A DNA stretch of 64,000 nucleotides from NCBI GenBank assembly GCA_951406725.2, contig OX597827.1, positions 19,096,001-19,160,000 of the forward strand, written 5' to 3'. Within the stretch, counting starts at the first letter, position 1. Each line of letters starts with the position of its first letter. Origin of the DNA: Octopus vulgaris (Eukaryota). A program made the position numbers and the translations under genes. Positions 13,517-27,309 of the stretch are shown here, piece after piece. The notes under the pieces are model-generated. The model was given only the letters and a program-made list of their open reading frames with translations, was not told the DNA's origin and ran no database searches.

Positions 13517-13840
13517 TATAACTATAAATATGGGTGTCTGAGAACACCACCATGCCGAAATAGCAGTCAAATCCCTGACTCTAAAAACCACCTTAAATGT
13601 TCATATCGCATCATGAGGTGCCCATCTGATATATTCAACTGATGAAGGCAGAGCTTATTTGAAGCAAAGCTAGGAATCCAGGATCTTGAATTATTCAGTA
13701 ATATCTTTTTGCTAGTCTCTTTTGTCCCTCTGTCTTATCTCACGGTGCGATATGAACATTTTAGGTGGTTTTTAGAGTCAGGGATTTGACTGCTATTTCG
13801 GCATTGTGGTGTCTCTCAGACACCCTTATTATTATAGTTG
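13517..13840. mobile_element. Fold-back element: ~95-bp inverted arms around a CTGATGA-containing spacer, in (TA)n
   Basis: About 13520-13617 is the reverse complement of about 13739-13839. Confidence 0.75.
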
Positions 13841-13911
13841 TAAAAAAAATTAATACCTTTGTATGGTGTTTATTCCCATGCTGGCCACGTGATAGTATCG
13901 ATATTATCCTT

Positions 13912-14004
<93 letters not shown>

Positions 14005-14348
14005 TGTATGTATGTATGTATCTGTGTGTGAATGTATGTATGTACGTATATATGTATGCATGTATGTATGTATGTATGTATGCATGCATGTATGTATATA
14101 CGTACGTACGGATGTATGTATGTATGTATGTATGTATGCATGTATGCATGTATGTATGTATGTATGCATATATGTATGTATGCAAGTATGCACATATACG
14201 TAAGTGTATGAATATAGGTTTGGTGGGGACGGAATTCACTCCACAGGAAGAGTAAATCTCCCAAATTTGAAATCAGATTGAAAAATGCCATTCACGAAAT
14301 TCTTGGATCTTGAGTCACATTGGCCACTAAATTACGATTAAAATAGAT

Positions 14349-14448
<100 letters not shown>

Positions 14449-14607
14449 TTAGTGTGTTTCTCTGAGGATAAATTTGGGTGTGTGTGTGTGTGTGTTGTGT
14501 GTGTGCGTGTATCTGTATGTGTGTGTGTGTAATGTACAAATATAAGTTAAATCATACACTTGTATGCATGCAAACATATTCACCAGTGTACATACAAAAA
14601 GCTATAC

Positions 14608-14640
<33 letters not shown>

Positions 14641-14717
14641 CACAGATGTGTAAATATATATGTATATACATATATAAATACATATTTTCATACACACATA
14701 TATACATATGTATGTGT

Positions 14718-14790
<73 letters not shown>

Positions 14791-15319
14791 CATATATAAA
14801 TATATATATATACACACACGTGTTAGAAGAATGAGAGTATGACAACTGCCACTCAATCTCTTCTTCTCTTTCTCTCCCTCTCTCTCTCTCCCTCTCTCCC
14901 TTTCTCTCTCTCTCTCTCTCCCCCCAACCTCGTTATTTCATGCCTGCATACATTAACCCGTAATACGGACGACCAAGGTCAAATCTCCCCCTCCCCTCAA
15001 CCCCACCCCGCTTCTGACACAGATCAATAATCTTCTCGTATGTGATTGATACCAGTGTTGCCTGTCATTATATTAGTCCGTTAATTAGCACCTTCGTCTA
15101 ATGACAGTCTTTCCTACTGGCAGATTAGACCTCTTGTAAATATAGGCTTGAAATCTACACACACGCGCGCACGCGCACACACATACACACATACACACAC
15201 ACGTACAACCACGCACATATACGCACATACCTTAAAACAATCTTCACTTACAATAGTATACGTGTGCATGTGCGTATATGCTTATACGTGTACGTATACA
15301 CATAAATGTGTATATATAT

Positions 15320-15366
<47 letters not shown>

Positions 15367-15367
15367 C

Positions 15368-15405
<38 letters not shown>

Positions 15406-15409
<4 letters not shown>

Positions 15410-15712
15410 AGGTGCAATGGCCCAGTGGTTAGGGCAGCGGACTCGCGGTCGCAGGATCGCGGTTTCGATTTCCCAGACCAGGCTTTGTGAGTGTTTATTG
15501 AGCGAAAACACCTAAAGCTCCAAGAGGCTCCGGCAGGGGGGGGGGGGGGGCGATCCCTGCTGTACTCTTTCGCCACAACTTTCTCTTACTCCTTCTTCTG
15601 TTGGCCTGCTCGCGTAGCCAGTGGGGTGGCGTCATTTGAAGGCTAAAAAACAATGCGAAGCGCATTGTGACCAGTGATGTGTAGCAACATCTGATAGCCT
15701 GGTCGGTTACGG

Positions 15713-15716
<4 letters not shown>
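15406..15716 (+). mobile_element. tRNA-derived SINE, group B
   Basis: Full-length, with head and tail GGTCGGTTACGGTGAT. Confidence 0.88.
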
Positions 15717-15767
<51 letters not shown>

Positions 15768-15945
15768 TCAATAATAAAGAGTGAAATTAATTAATTTAGA
15801 AATAATCATTAATTTCACCAAGTAGAGTTCGGCATGTAAAATCCCCATTCAAGAAAACCACAGCACTTAAAAAGCAAACAACGCAGGCAAAAGAGAAAGA
15901 AATGACGACAATCATTCTATATTAAGTCACCTACCTATTAAGTCA

Positions 15946-15991
<46 letters not shown>

Positions 15992-16080
15992 CATGTTTAA
16001 GCAACAGAGTGACTCAATGTCCCAGAGTTTCGTGCGTTGGTATTTATCAAATTTATCTTTTAAATATTAATGAAAATATA

Positions 16081-17365
16081 TTGGGTCATCCCATAAATAA
16101 TGCTGTTCTTTTATACTTCTCTTATTTTTCAAAATTAAGATAAACAAAGCACTTTTTTTATCTAAATTATACTCCCCTTCATTTTCTACAATGCTCTTCC
16201 ATCTATCTCGTAGACTTGTCAGGCTCCTCTTCAAAAAGTTTCTTGTCCGTGATGAAAAATACTCCTCCAGTACTGTTCTGACAGAATACATATTTTTTCC
16301 GTCCAAATGATTTTGAAGACTGCGGAATAAATGATAATCAGATGGAGCAATGTCCGGTCAATATGGTGGGTGGGGCATGGTTTTCCATTCAAACTGCTCC
16401 AGCCTTTTGATGGTCATCCTCGCTGTATGTGGCCGAACATTATCCTGATGGAAGAAGACTTTTCGTTTTGAAACCAAAGATGGTAGTTTTTCTTCTAGCG
16501 CTGGTGTCAATGAATGGTTGAATGATCAAATCCAAGCTTCTCTGCTAGTTCCTCAACAGTTACGAAGGGATTTTGTTCCACCAGAGTTTGCAGGACGTCC
16601 TCGTCGAGCTCTTCAGATCTTCCAGGACGAGGCTCGTCTTCTAGGCTGTAGTTTCCGGTTCGGAATGTTTGGAACCACCGTTGATACTGGCTTATGCTTA
16701 GTGTCCGATTCCCATTCACAGCATTAATATTCCTCGCATTTTCCGTTGCGTTGCAGCCTTTGTTGAATTCATAAAACAAAACACACCGAATATGCTCCTT
16801 TGTCACTTCCAGTATAGGTTTGAATTAAAAAAAAAAAACCTGTTAAAATCGAACTGCACTCTTCAGAACTTGCACTAAGAATAAGTACAAGGTATAATTA
16901 CTACCTGCTTGTGTAGCAAGTTGATGCAATTTTTAGTCTCTTTCTTTCTTTTACTTGTTTCAGTCATTTGACTGTGGCCACGCTGGAGCACCGCCTTTAG
17001 TCGAGCAAATCGACGCCAGGACGTATTCTTTGTAAGCTTAGTACTTATTCTATCGGTACTTATTATTTTGCCGAACGTAGGTTACGGGGACGTAAACACA
17101 CCAGCATCGGTGGGACAAACACAAACACACAAACATATACACACACATACATATACATATATGCGACGGGCTTCTTTCAGTTTCCGTCTACCAAATCCAC
17201 TCACAAGGCTTTGGTCGGCCCGAGGCTACAGTAGAAGACTCTTGCCCAAGATGCCACGCAGTGATACTGAACCCGGAACCATGTGGTTGGTAAGCAAGCT
17301 ACTTACCACACAGCCAATCTTACGCCTATTGAAAAAAAAACTGCATTATTTATAAGATTACCCAA
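16081..17365 (-). mobile_element. Internally deleted mariner (DD34D-type) transposon
   Basis: TIRs TTGGGTCATCCCATAAATAATGC and GCATTATTTATAAGATTACCCAA with TA flanks; HTH ORF 16507-16806 (KEHIR..EFNKG..ARNIN..PRPGRS); HQDNVRPH and PDIAPSDYHLF motifs; SINE C inserted. Confidence 0.9.
16936..17329 (-). mobile_element. SINE group C inserted into the mariner
   Basis: Head GGCTGTGTGGTAAGTAGCTTGC, internal TG tract, tail GGCGGTGCTCCAGCGTGGCCACAGTCAAATGACTGAAACAAGTAAAAG. Confidence 0.88.
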
Positions 17366-17429
17366 TATATATACTCATATTTTGAATTCTATTTTACCTG
17401 TTTGCATCACCATACCTATGTATAAACTT

Positions 17430-17773
17430 CTTATCTTTTGCTTCTTGTTTCTGTCATTAGACTGCGGCCATGCTGGAGCACCGCCTCCGAGATTTTTTAG
17501 TCGACTGAATCGACCCCAGAACTTGTTTCTTTTTTTAGGCCTGGTACTTATTCCATCGCTCACTTTTTGGAACCGATAAGTTACGGGGATGTAAACAAAC
17601 CAACGCTGGTCGTCAAGCGCACACACACACACATATATATACGACAGGCTTCTTTCACTTTTCGTTTGCCAAACCCACTAGAAGGACTTTCGTCGATTTG
17701 ATGCTATAGTAGAAAACACTTACTCAGGGTGCCACGTAGTGAGACTGAACCCTGTACCATGTGACTGGAGAGC
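17430..17773 (-). mobile_element. Diverged SINE group C
   Basis: Same tail and body motifs as other C copies. Confidence 0.75.
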
Positions 17774-18400
17774 ATGTATGTATGTATGTATGTATGTATG
17801 TATGTATGTATGTATGTATGTATGTATGTATGTATGTATGTATGTATGTACGTATGTATGTATGTATGTATGTACGTACGTACGTATGTATGTATGTACG
17901 TACGTATGTATACATGTATGTATGTATGTATGCATGTATGTACGTACGTATGTATGTATGTATGTACGTACGTATGTATGTATGTATGTACGTACGTATG
18001 TATGTATGTATGTATGTATGTATGTATGTATGTACGTACGTACGTATGTATGTATGTACGTACGTATGTATGTATGTATGTATGTATGTACGTACGTATG
18101 TATGTATGTACGTACGTATGTATGTATGTATGTATGTATGTTTGTTTGTTTGTATGTATGTACGTATGTATGTATGTATGTATGTATGTTTGTATGTATG
18201 TATGTATGTATGTACGTATGTATGTATCTATGTATGTATGTATGTATGTACGTATGTAAGTATGCATGTATGTATGTATGTATTCATGTATGTATGTATG
18301 TATGTATGTATGTATGCATGTATATATATATGTATGCATGTATGTATGTATGTATATATGCATGCATGTATGTATGTATATATGTATGCACGATGCATGT
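17774..18400. repeat. (TATG)n/(TACG)n microsatellite
   Basis: Directly visible. Confidence 0.95.
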
Positions 18401-18940
18401 ATAGCAATTCAAAATAACGCAGAAACTGTTAAATTCACATAACCATTTATTATTTTTGTCGCACTACCCGCGACCTGGTCACTAACACACTCCACACACT
18501 GCAATGCAGTCAGACCCCATGTTTACGAATTAATTCATGAAATTTAACTCGTAGCCATGGGCTCTGCTGTCACTGGGGCTTCTTGTGCGCATCTCAATTC
18601 CATTTGTTGAGTTTCTTCTTGTTTTGATGTTTGGTCCGTATTAATTTTCTTCGTTAAAAAAATTATCTAAAGTTGTTTTTGTTGAAAAGATTTCTTCTTC
18701 ATTTCGCAGTAGATTTCACGATATCAAGCATGACCTCTCATTAAATTTGCAGTAACAGTTGAGCTTCTTTAACATCTTCAGATGAAATTTCAAAGTTCAA
18801 TTCCTTTGCAATGCTTATAATCTTGTCAGTTTCTTTTTTTTCAGAGAAGTATCTTCCAGACGATTCTTCATTTTCTTCTTCTTCCTGTTCATCTTCAAAC
18901 TTTACCCTTTCTAGCAATTCTTCTTCTATTTCATTACTGT

Positions 18941-19485
18941 TGTTTGTTCCTTCTCGAGCCATGCCTGGCTCATAAGGGCCGGCTTCCCGGTTTCCTTGGC
19001 GTATAGGTTCCCCACCTGGATGGAACGCCGGTCCGTCGCAGATGCAGGAGGAAAGAGTGAGAAAAGGTTGTGGCGAAAGAGTCAGCAGAAGTTTCGCCAT
19101 TACCTTCTGTCGGAGCCGCGTGGAGCTTAGGGGTTTCGCTCATAAACACACACATCGTCCGGTCTGAGATTTGAACCCGCGATCCCTCGACCACGAGCCC
19201 GCTGCTCTAACCACTAGGCCATGTGCCTCCACCAAATGCGTCCTTTTTAAAGCCTTGCCAGGCTCATGGGCCCGGTTTCCCGGTTTCTATGGCGTATGTG
19301 TTCCCCAGCTGGACGGGACGCCAGTCCATCGCAGCGTTACTCATTTTTGGCAGCTGAGTGGACTGGAGCAATGTGGAATGAAGTGTTTTGCTCAAGAACA
19401 CAACGCATCGCCCGGTCCAGGAATCGAAACCACAATCTTACGATCATGGTGCTGACATCCTAACCGCTAAGCCACGCGCCTCCAC
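18941..19485 (-). mobile_element. SINE dimer: A-variant (19235-19485) plus B3 (18941-19232)
   Basis: Two tRNA heads; single TSD ATTTCATTACTGT flanking the pair. Confidence 0.85.
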
Positions 19486-20701
19486 ATTTCATTACTGTCA
19501 GCATAAAGAGCTTCTTTAAAATCTTCAGATGAAATTTCAAAGTTCAATTCCTTTGCAAAGTTTATGTTCGTGTCAGTTTCTTTTTGAAGATCTTCATCAA
19601 TATTATCAAATCATTCAAAATTGCCAATTAATTTGAGGCAGGGATTTTTCAAAATTCCTCTCATGTTCTTTACGGCGATTTTATCCCATGCTTTCTTTAT
19701 CAGTTTTATGGCATCAAGGATGTTGAAAACCAACCAAAATTCTTGAATCGTAGGACCATTTCCTTTATCAGTCACTTCGATGAATCTTTCAAAGGTGAAA
19801 CGGAGATAGTAAGATTTAAATGAAATGGCTCCTTGATCCATAGGTTGCAATAAAGATGTTGCGTTTGGCAAGTTAAAAAAACAACATTAATAGTTTGATG
19901 GTGATGCTTTAAAAATGCAGCACGACTGGGGGTATTATCCATTATTAAAAGAATCTTTAAAAGAATTTTTTAAACTTACAATATTTTTCTACTTCGGGAA
20001 CAAAGTGATTAGAAAACCAATCTTCAAATAGAGTTCCTGCCATCCCAGCTTTTTTGTTATGCTTCAAGATTACAGAAAGTTTCGTCTTATCAATTTATTT
20101 TAAAGCACGGGGGGTTTTCAAATCGATAAATAAGCATGGGCTTGAGTTTGCAGTCCCCTTCAACAATTTCATCCCAGAAGTAATGTTATCCTATCTTTTG
20201 CAACTTTGAATCCTGGCATTGAAGATTCTTCTCTTGCAATAAAAGTCCTTGAAGGCATTCGTTCCCAATATAGGCCCGTCTCATCCACGTTAAATATTTG
20301 AGACGGTATAAAGCCTTCTTCTTCAATCAAACCTAATTGGCGAAGAAAGGTTTCTGCAGCTTTATGATCTGCTACTAGACATTTCTCCTTGGTTCTTCGC
20401 ATTATGTAGATTTGCTTGTTTCTTGAAACGATCGAACCAACCATTGCTCGCTACAAATCTTTCATTTGATCCATCTGATTTATCCTTAAGCGAGTTGTAA
20501 ATTATAGCCTGACTGAGTGGCATATGAAGTCTTCGAATTTAATCGTTAATCCAAGTTGTCAAAAGTTTTTTCTGTGCATGAAATTAAACTTCCATTATCT
20601 TTTCTTCGTAACCAAGTTGAATTCAGACAGTGACTTCCTTTAAATTTAATTGAATAATCTTCCTTTTGCTTCAAGATGGTACAAGCAGATGAAGGAGCCA
20701 T

Positions 20702-20942
20702 ACTCTTTTACTCTTTTTACTCTTTTACTTGTTTCAGTCATATGACTGTAGCCATGCTGGAGCACCGCCTTTAGTCGAGCAAATCGACCCCAGGACTTAT
20801 TCTTTCTAAGCCTAGTACTTATTCTATCGGCCTCTTTTGCCGAACCGCTAAGTTACGGGAACGTAAACACACCAGCATCGGTTGTCAAGCGATGTTGGGG
20901 GGACAAACACAGACTAACAAACACACAAACACACACACACAT

Positions 20943-21006
<64 letters not shown>

Positions 21007-21178
21007 GTACACGACGGGCTTCTTTCAGTTTCCGTCTACCAAATCCACTCACAAGGCTTTGGTCAGCCCGAGGCTACAGAAGAAGACACTTGCCGAAGGT
21101 GCCACGCAGTCGGACTGAACCCAGAACCATGTTGTTGGTAAGCAGGCTACTTACCACACAGCCACTCCTACGCCTATA
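20702..21178 (-). mobile_element. SINE group C
   Basis: Full length, internal (TA)n(TG)n, (GTAAAAGA)n tail. Confidence 0.9.
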
Positions 21179-21491
21179 TCAAATTTCTTTTGATAAATCT
21201 TCAACAGTTGCTCTATTTTCGTGTTGTTTAATCAATTCGAATTTTATTTCTTAAGTAATTACCTTACGTCTCTTCTTATCCTTGCTTTGCATCTCAGAAT
21301 TATTTCTTCTTGAAGCTATCGCAAGGGTATTAAAAAAAATAAAGAAGCATAAAATTTTTTTTTTTAAAGATGAATGGAATGAAGAAAGACAAAATAGGGG
21401 CTAACGTGAAAGAAGTCAGGCAGGTAGTGACTCACTTCAAATCCAAAAGGCAGTTGCAGGTGATCACTCTAGGTAACAGGTGCTGCCAGAT

Positions 21492-21522
21492 CGGAAGTGA
21501 CACTCGTTGCCATGGTAACCAA
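21492..21522. promoter_or_regulatory. RFX X-box with adjacent ETS-like site in the Tigger 5' region
   Basis: GTTGCCATGGTAAC at 21506-21519; CGGAAGTG at 21492-21499. Confidence 0.45.
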
Positions 21523-21679
21523 TTGTTTCGTTTTTCATCTTCAATTTGTAAAGATAAGGTTTCGTAAACCGGGGCTACGCAAAACGAGGTATGCCTACAT
21601 ATGTTATACGTAAAACGTATGTTATATATGCTGCGTAAAACGAGGTATGCCTGTGTATGTGTATATGTTATATACACAC

Positions 21680-21849
21680 AGGCGCAGCGATGGCTGTGAG
21701 GTTAAGAACCTCACTTTGCAAGCATGGGGTTTTGGTTTCAGTCCCAATACGCGGCACCATCTGTAAATGTCCTATACTCTAGCACCGGGACAACCAACGC
21801 CTTGTGAGTGAATTTAGCGGACGGAAACTGTAGGCAGGAATCTGTGGAG

Positions 21850-21935
<86 letters not shown>

Positions 21936-22590
21936 TGTGTGTGTGAGTGTGTGTGTGTGTGTTTTGTATCTTGGTTTGTCCTCCCACACACACCGACTGC
22001 CAACTAGTGTTGGTTTGTTTACGGTCCCATAAGTTAGTGTTTCTGTAAAAGAGAACCTATAGTATAAGTACCAGACATTAAAATAAGTACTGGGGACGAT
22101 TTTTCCGACAGAAACCCTTAAAGGTGGTGTCCCAGGATGACGGCAGTCCAATGACTAGAACAAGTAAAAAAAAAAAAAAGAAAAGGAGTGGTTGTGTGGT
22201 AAGTAGCTTGCTAACCAACCACATGGTTCCGGGTTCAGTCCCACTGCGTGCGTGGCATCTTGGGCAAGTGTCTTCTGCTATAGCCCCGGGCCGACCAATG
22301 CCTTGTGAGTGGATTTGGTAGACGGAAACTGAAAGAAGCCTGTCGTATATATGTATATATATGTGTGTGTGCGTGTGTGTTTGTGTGTCTGTGTTTGTCC
22401 CCCTAGCATTGCTTGACAACCGATGCTGGTGTGTTTACGTCCCCGTCACTTAGCGGTTCTGCAAAAGAGACCGATAGAATAAGTACTGGACTCACAAAGA
22501 ATAAGTCCTGGGGTCGATTTGCTCGACTAAAGGTGGTGCTCCAGCATGGCCGCAGTCAAATGACTGAAACAAGTAAAAGAGAGAAAGAAA
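21680..22590 (+). mobile_element. Two tandem SINE group C copies (21680-22170 diverged; 22183-22590)
   Basis: Heads, internal TG tracts and LINE-like tails. Confidence 0.85.
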
Positions 22591-23244
22591 AAATGTGTGT
22601 GTGTGTGTGCGTGCGTGCGTGTGTTTGTGTATGTCTGTGTCTGTATGTGTGTATGTGTACATTTATATAGAGAGAGGGAGAGAGGGAAGAAGAAGTACTC
22701 AGATAATCAAACAGAATTCACAGTAAGCACTCCGCAGGGAGTCCGTTTATCAGTAATGAAGTCTGAGGTCCAAATATAACGTTACTACGAGTTTGAAAAT
22801 CGAGTAAACAATTTTATGGATTGTATAATTATAGATAATTAACATAAAATTTTAATTAAAAGGGTAAAATATTGTTAGTCTGCGCGTTAAGGTACAACAT
22901 CGACGCTGATTTTAAGCTGTATATCATCAGTTGAATACTGAAAGTAGATACAAACTTGATCTCAGCAGGATTTGAACGAATGCCGTAAAAAATATTTTTC
23001 CGACGCTCTAGCGATTCTGCCAATCCACCCGTCTGAACGTGGATCATGATATTGATTAAGGATTCCATAAGGTTGCTATTCAATCATCGAAGTTGGGGAA
23101 AATATAAATATTGTATATAAAAGATGAAGAAATACCCACAAAGGAAGGTATTAGTACTTTCCAGTTTGTCAAAAATCGAGGAAGGTTGAGAGTGCAATGG
23201 ATGTATGCCTCGCAGTTCCATGATCGAATGGATTATAAAGTAAT

Positions 23245-23424
23245 AGGCTCAGGAGTGGAAGTGTGGTAAATAGCTTGCTTACCAACCACACGGTTCCGGG
23301 CTCAGTCCCACTGCGTGGCGCTTTGGGCAAGTGTCTTCTACTGTAGCCTGTGGCCGACCAAAACCTTGTGAGTGGATTTGGTAGGCGGAAACTGAAAGAA
23401 GCCCGTCGTATATATGTATATGTT

Positions 23425-23486
<62 letters not shown>

Positions 23487-23708
23487 TGTGTGTGTTTGTG
23501 TGTTTGTGTTTGTCCTCCCCAACATCACTTGACAACCGATGCTGGTGTGTTTACGTCCCCGTAACTTAGCAGTTCGGCAAAAGAGACCCGATAGAATAAG
23601 TACTAGGCTTACAAAGAATAAGTCCTGGGGGGCGATTTCCTCGACTAAAGGCGGTGCTCCAGCATGGCCGCAGTCAAATGACTGAAACAAGTAAAAGAGA
23701 GTAAAGAG
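23245..23708 (+). mobile_element. SINE group C
   Basis: Full-length copy. Confidence 0.9.
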
Positions 23709-24279
23709 TCCATAACCAATTTCAGATCAGAATGTTTGATGATAATCCATTACAAGGAATAGTGGAAATTACCAGTTCCAGTTTTGAATAGGGAGTGAAT
23801 CAGTGTTCATTTGGAATAATATATTAGAGCGTGAATGAAAGACGGAATGGTAGACGTTGTGTTTGCAGATAAGCTACCATTTGGAGCGGTGGAGAAAACT
23901 CTCTCACAGCGCCGGGTGTTAAAATACCTGCAAGTCATGGACAGGCGAGATAACTCACCTCTAATGAACATAGGTGTTTCGCCATTTTTGTAGCTTATCA
24001 ACATCACGCACCCGAACAGGATCGGGATGTGTGTATGTGTGTGTATGTGTGTGTGAGTGCAAACATACAGATAGTATGTACGATGGCTTGATTGCTTTTT
24101 CTCTAAGTGTCAATACACGAGTATACATTCATATATCATACATACATGCATGCATACATACGTACGTACGTACATACATACGTATCTACCTACCTACCTG
24201 CCTACATACATACATACATACATACATACATACATACATACATACATACATACATACATACATACATACATACATACAT

Positions 24280-24535
24280 CCTCCCTAAATGCCTGAGAGA
24301 CTTGCATGGTGTGGATGTGGATTTCTTTAAAACTAAACGGGATCTCTTCTTGTCGGGGGTCCCAGATGAACCTACTTTTCGGCAGGAGAAACAGATGCGG
24401 GCAGCGACATCGAACTCCCTTGTCGACCAAGTTCCACGTATCAGAGGTGGTTTCACATATTAGTGTAGCTCATTCAGCGGTGGTGCCCCAGCATGGCCGC
24501 AGCCTTCGGGCTGAAACATTTTTAAAGATTTAAGA
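24280..24535 (+). mobile_element. LINE 3' end (ORF2 C-terminus plus 3'UTR)
   Basis: LPKCLRDLHGVDVDFFKTKRDLFLSGVPDEP...AATSNSL; homologous to 41574-41860 and 58960-59280. Confidence 0.85.
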
Positions 24536-25444
24536 ATTTATACATACATACATACATACATACATATATCATATATATATATACGTACGTATATACATTA
24601 TATGCATACCTACATTCATACATACATACATACATACATACATACATACATACATACATACATACATACATACATACGTACGTATATACATTACATGCAT
24701 ACAAACATACATATACTTACATAAAAACACGCATGCATAAATACATGTAATACAAACGTACAAACATATGTACGCCATGTCTGCAAACATAAACGTATTC
24801 TTAGTAGATTCTATCCAAATTCCAATGAAATGGCCTTATCTACTTGTTGGAAATCATACTCATCTGTTTACAATGGTGAAATCGAACCTTAGATCGCTCG
24901 TTTCATTTATTCGTAAATCTAGAGTTATATCGACAACACACACAAAATCTAAATGCAATTTTTGGCCATATATCCTCTTACGATTTGCAGAAAATATGCC
25001 TGAAATTCACTTCCGGGGAAAGGAAACTTATCGTCACAGATTTATTTGTCGTATATCTGTTATCGCAGATTCAAGATTTATCTTCAAAATCTTGGGTTTC
25101 AAATCAAATAATTATACTAAAAAGCAGGGTTCATTTGTTGACAAGCAATAGAAATTCTCAAGAGGAGGAGAATGGAGAAGGAAAAGTAGAATCAGACTAA
25201 GTTCAGTCAGAAATTATTCAGCATCAATTACTCTCTATTCAGCTACATCAGTTAAGACCCGAAGCTATCTTCCATCGTTTGATTTCCCACAAGAATTTAT
25301 CACCGGTCTACATTTACCGATCGATGTTCTTCTGATTTCTAGAATTCTAAACTTTGATGATTGTCGAAAATGAATTTAGACATCTTCTCATGAGATACCA
25401 AACAATCTTATATTTGTTATTGAGGGTTTTCAATTTTTTTCGTC

Positions 25445-25615
25445 CACACACACACACACACACACACACACAAATACACACACACACAGTATAGGTATGT
25501 TTGAATGTACGTATATATACGTGAGTGTATAAATGCATACATACACACATCCACACACACACACACAGTATAGGTATGTTTGAATGTACGTATGTATACG
25601 TGAGTGTATAAATGC

Positions 25616-25672
<57 letters not shown>

Positions 25673-26180
25673 CAGTATAGGTATGTTTGAATGTACGTAT
25701 GCATGCGTGAGTGTATAAATGCATATATATATACATATACGCATACATACACACATCCACACACACACACACACAGAGTATAGGTATGTTTGAATGTACG
25801 TATGTATACGTGAGTGTATAAATGCATATATATACATATACGCATACATACACACAACCACACACACACACACACAGTATAGGTATGTTTGAATGTACGT
25901 ATGTATACGTGAGTGTATAAATACATATATATACATATACGCATACATACACACATCCACACACACACACACACACAGTATAGGTATGTTTGAATGTAGG
26001 TATGTATACATGAGTGTATAAATGCATATATATATAATATACGCATACATACACACATCCACACACACACACACACAGTATAGGTAAGTTTGAATGTACA
26101 TATGTATACGTGAGTGTATAAATGCATATATATACATATACGTATACATACACACGTCCATACATACATACATGCACATA
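25445..26180. repeat. Minisatellite of 7 units (~80-110 bp) built from microsatellite-derived sequence
   Basis: AGTATAGGTATGTTTGAATGTACGTATGTATACGTGAGTGTATAAATGCATA recurs at about 25488, 25567, 25675, 25777, 25876, 25977 and 26077. Confidence 0.93.
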
Positions 26181-26310
26181 CATACATACATACACACATA
26201 CATACACACATACACATATGCACATTTCATTCTTTCACTCTCTTTTTTAATCTTCATATTCATTTTCTGTTATCTTCTGTTTACGGTCTGCTGCTGCTGC
26301 TGCTGCTGTA

Positions 26311-26364
<54 letters not shown>

Positions 26365-26506
26365 GATTACACCGACGACGACGATGATGATGATGATTTT
26401 TAGACAATGACCAATGCCTGCAGTATGATCATGTCCGATTGCCCCCAAGATAGTTGCCGATAGATTGAATATCACTGAATGAGAAGACCTTGTTGGTAGC
26501 AATATC

Positions 26507-26631
<125 letters not shown>

Positions 26632-26722
26632 ATATATATATATACATTTATATATTTATATATATATATATACATTTATATATTTATATGTATATATATA
26701 CAATATATATACATATATGACG

Positions 26723-26776
<54 letters not shown>

Positions 26777-27099
26777 TGTATGTATGTATGTATGTATACG
26801 ATATATGTGTGTACATATGTTGTGTGTGTGTGTGCATGTCTGTCTTAGTGTGTATCTAGGCGCTTGATCGTATACGTGTATAGTGGTTGAAATTTCTTCA
26901 TTATATATATATAAACTATATCAAGATACTTGAAGATCAAAATATAAAGGCTCTGGTCTTGATACCACCAAGGGATTGTTTTTATCATTATAAGTAACGT
27001 ATATGTACATATACTGAGTGTGTGTATACACATATATATGTACATGCATGTATATATGAGTGTGTGTATGCATATATATGGATATATATATAAATATAT

Positions 27100-27141
<42 letters not shown>

Positions 27142-27144
<3 letters not shown>

Positions 27145-27305
27145 GAGGCGCAATGGTCGTGTGGTTAGGGAAGCGGACTCGTAGTCGTAGGATCGCAGTT
27201 TCGATTCCCAGATGAGGCTCCGGCAGAGGGTGGTGGCGATTCCTACTGTACTCTTTCGCCACAATTTCTCTCACTCTTTCTTCTGTTTGCCAGCTCGCTT
27301 AGCTA
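27142..27305 (+). mobile_element. Truncated SINE group B
   Basis: B head and body. Confidence 0.8.
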
Positions 27306-27309
27306 CCCT

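Larger units (their letters stand above)
18560..21653 (-). mobile_element. Decayed Tigger/pogo DNA transposon (CENP-B-like HTH plus DDE_1 transposase) interrupted by three SINEs
   Basis: QIFNVDETGLYWERMPSRTFI...KDRITLLLG, LLIMDN and PNATSLLQPMDQG motifs; Tigger-type TIR CAGGCATACCTCG at 21641-21653 (minus), partly repeated at 21581-21596; left end not identified. Confidence 0.9.

Noticed and set aside
24768-25151. 127-aa non-repetitive ORF
   Set aside because: No recognisable motif or clear splice structure; cannot be supported without a homology search.
25445-26180. CRISPR-like repeat-spacer array
   Set aside because: Spacers are CA/TA microsatellite rather than unique sequence, there are no cas genes, and the context is eukaryotic.
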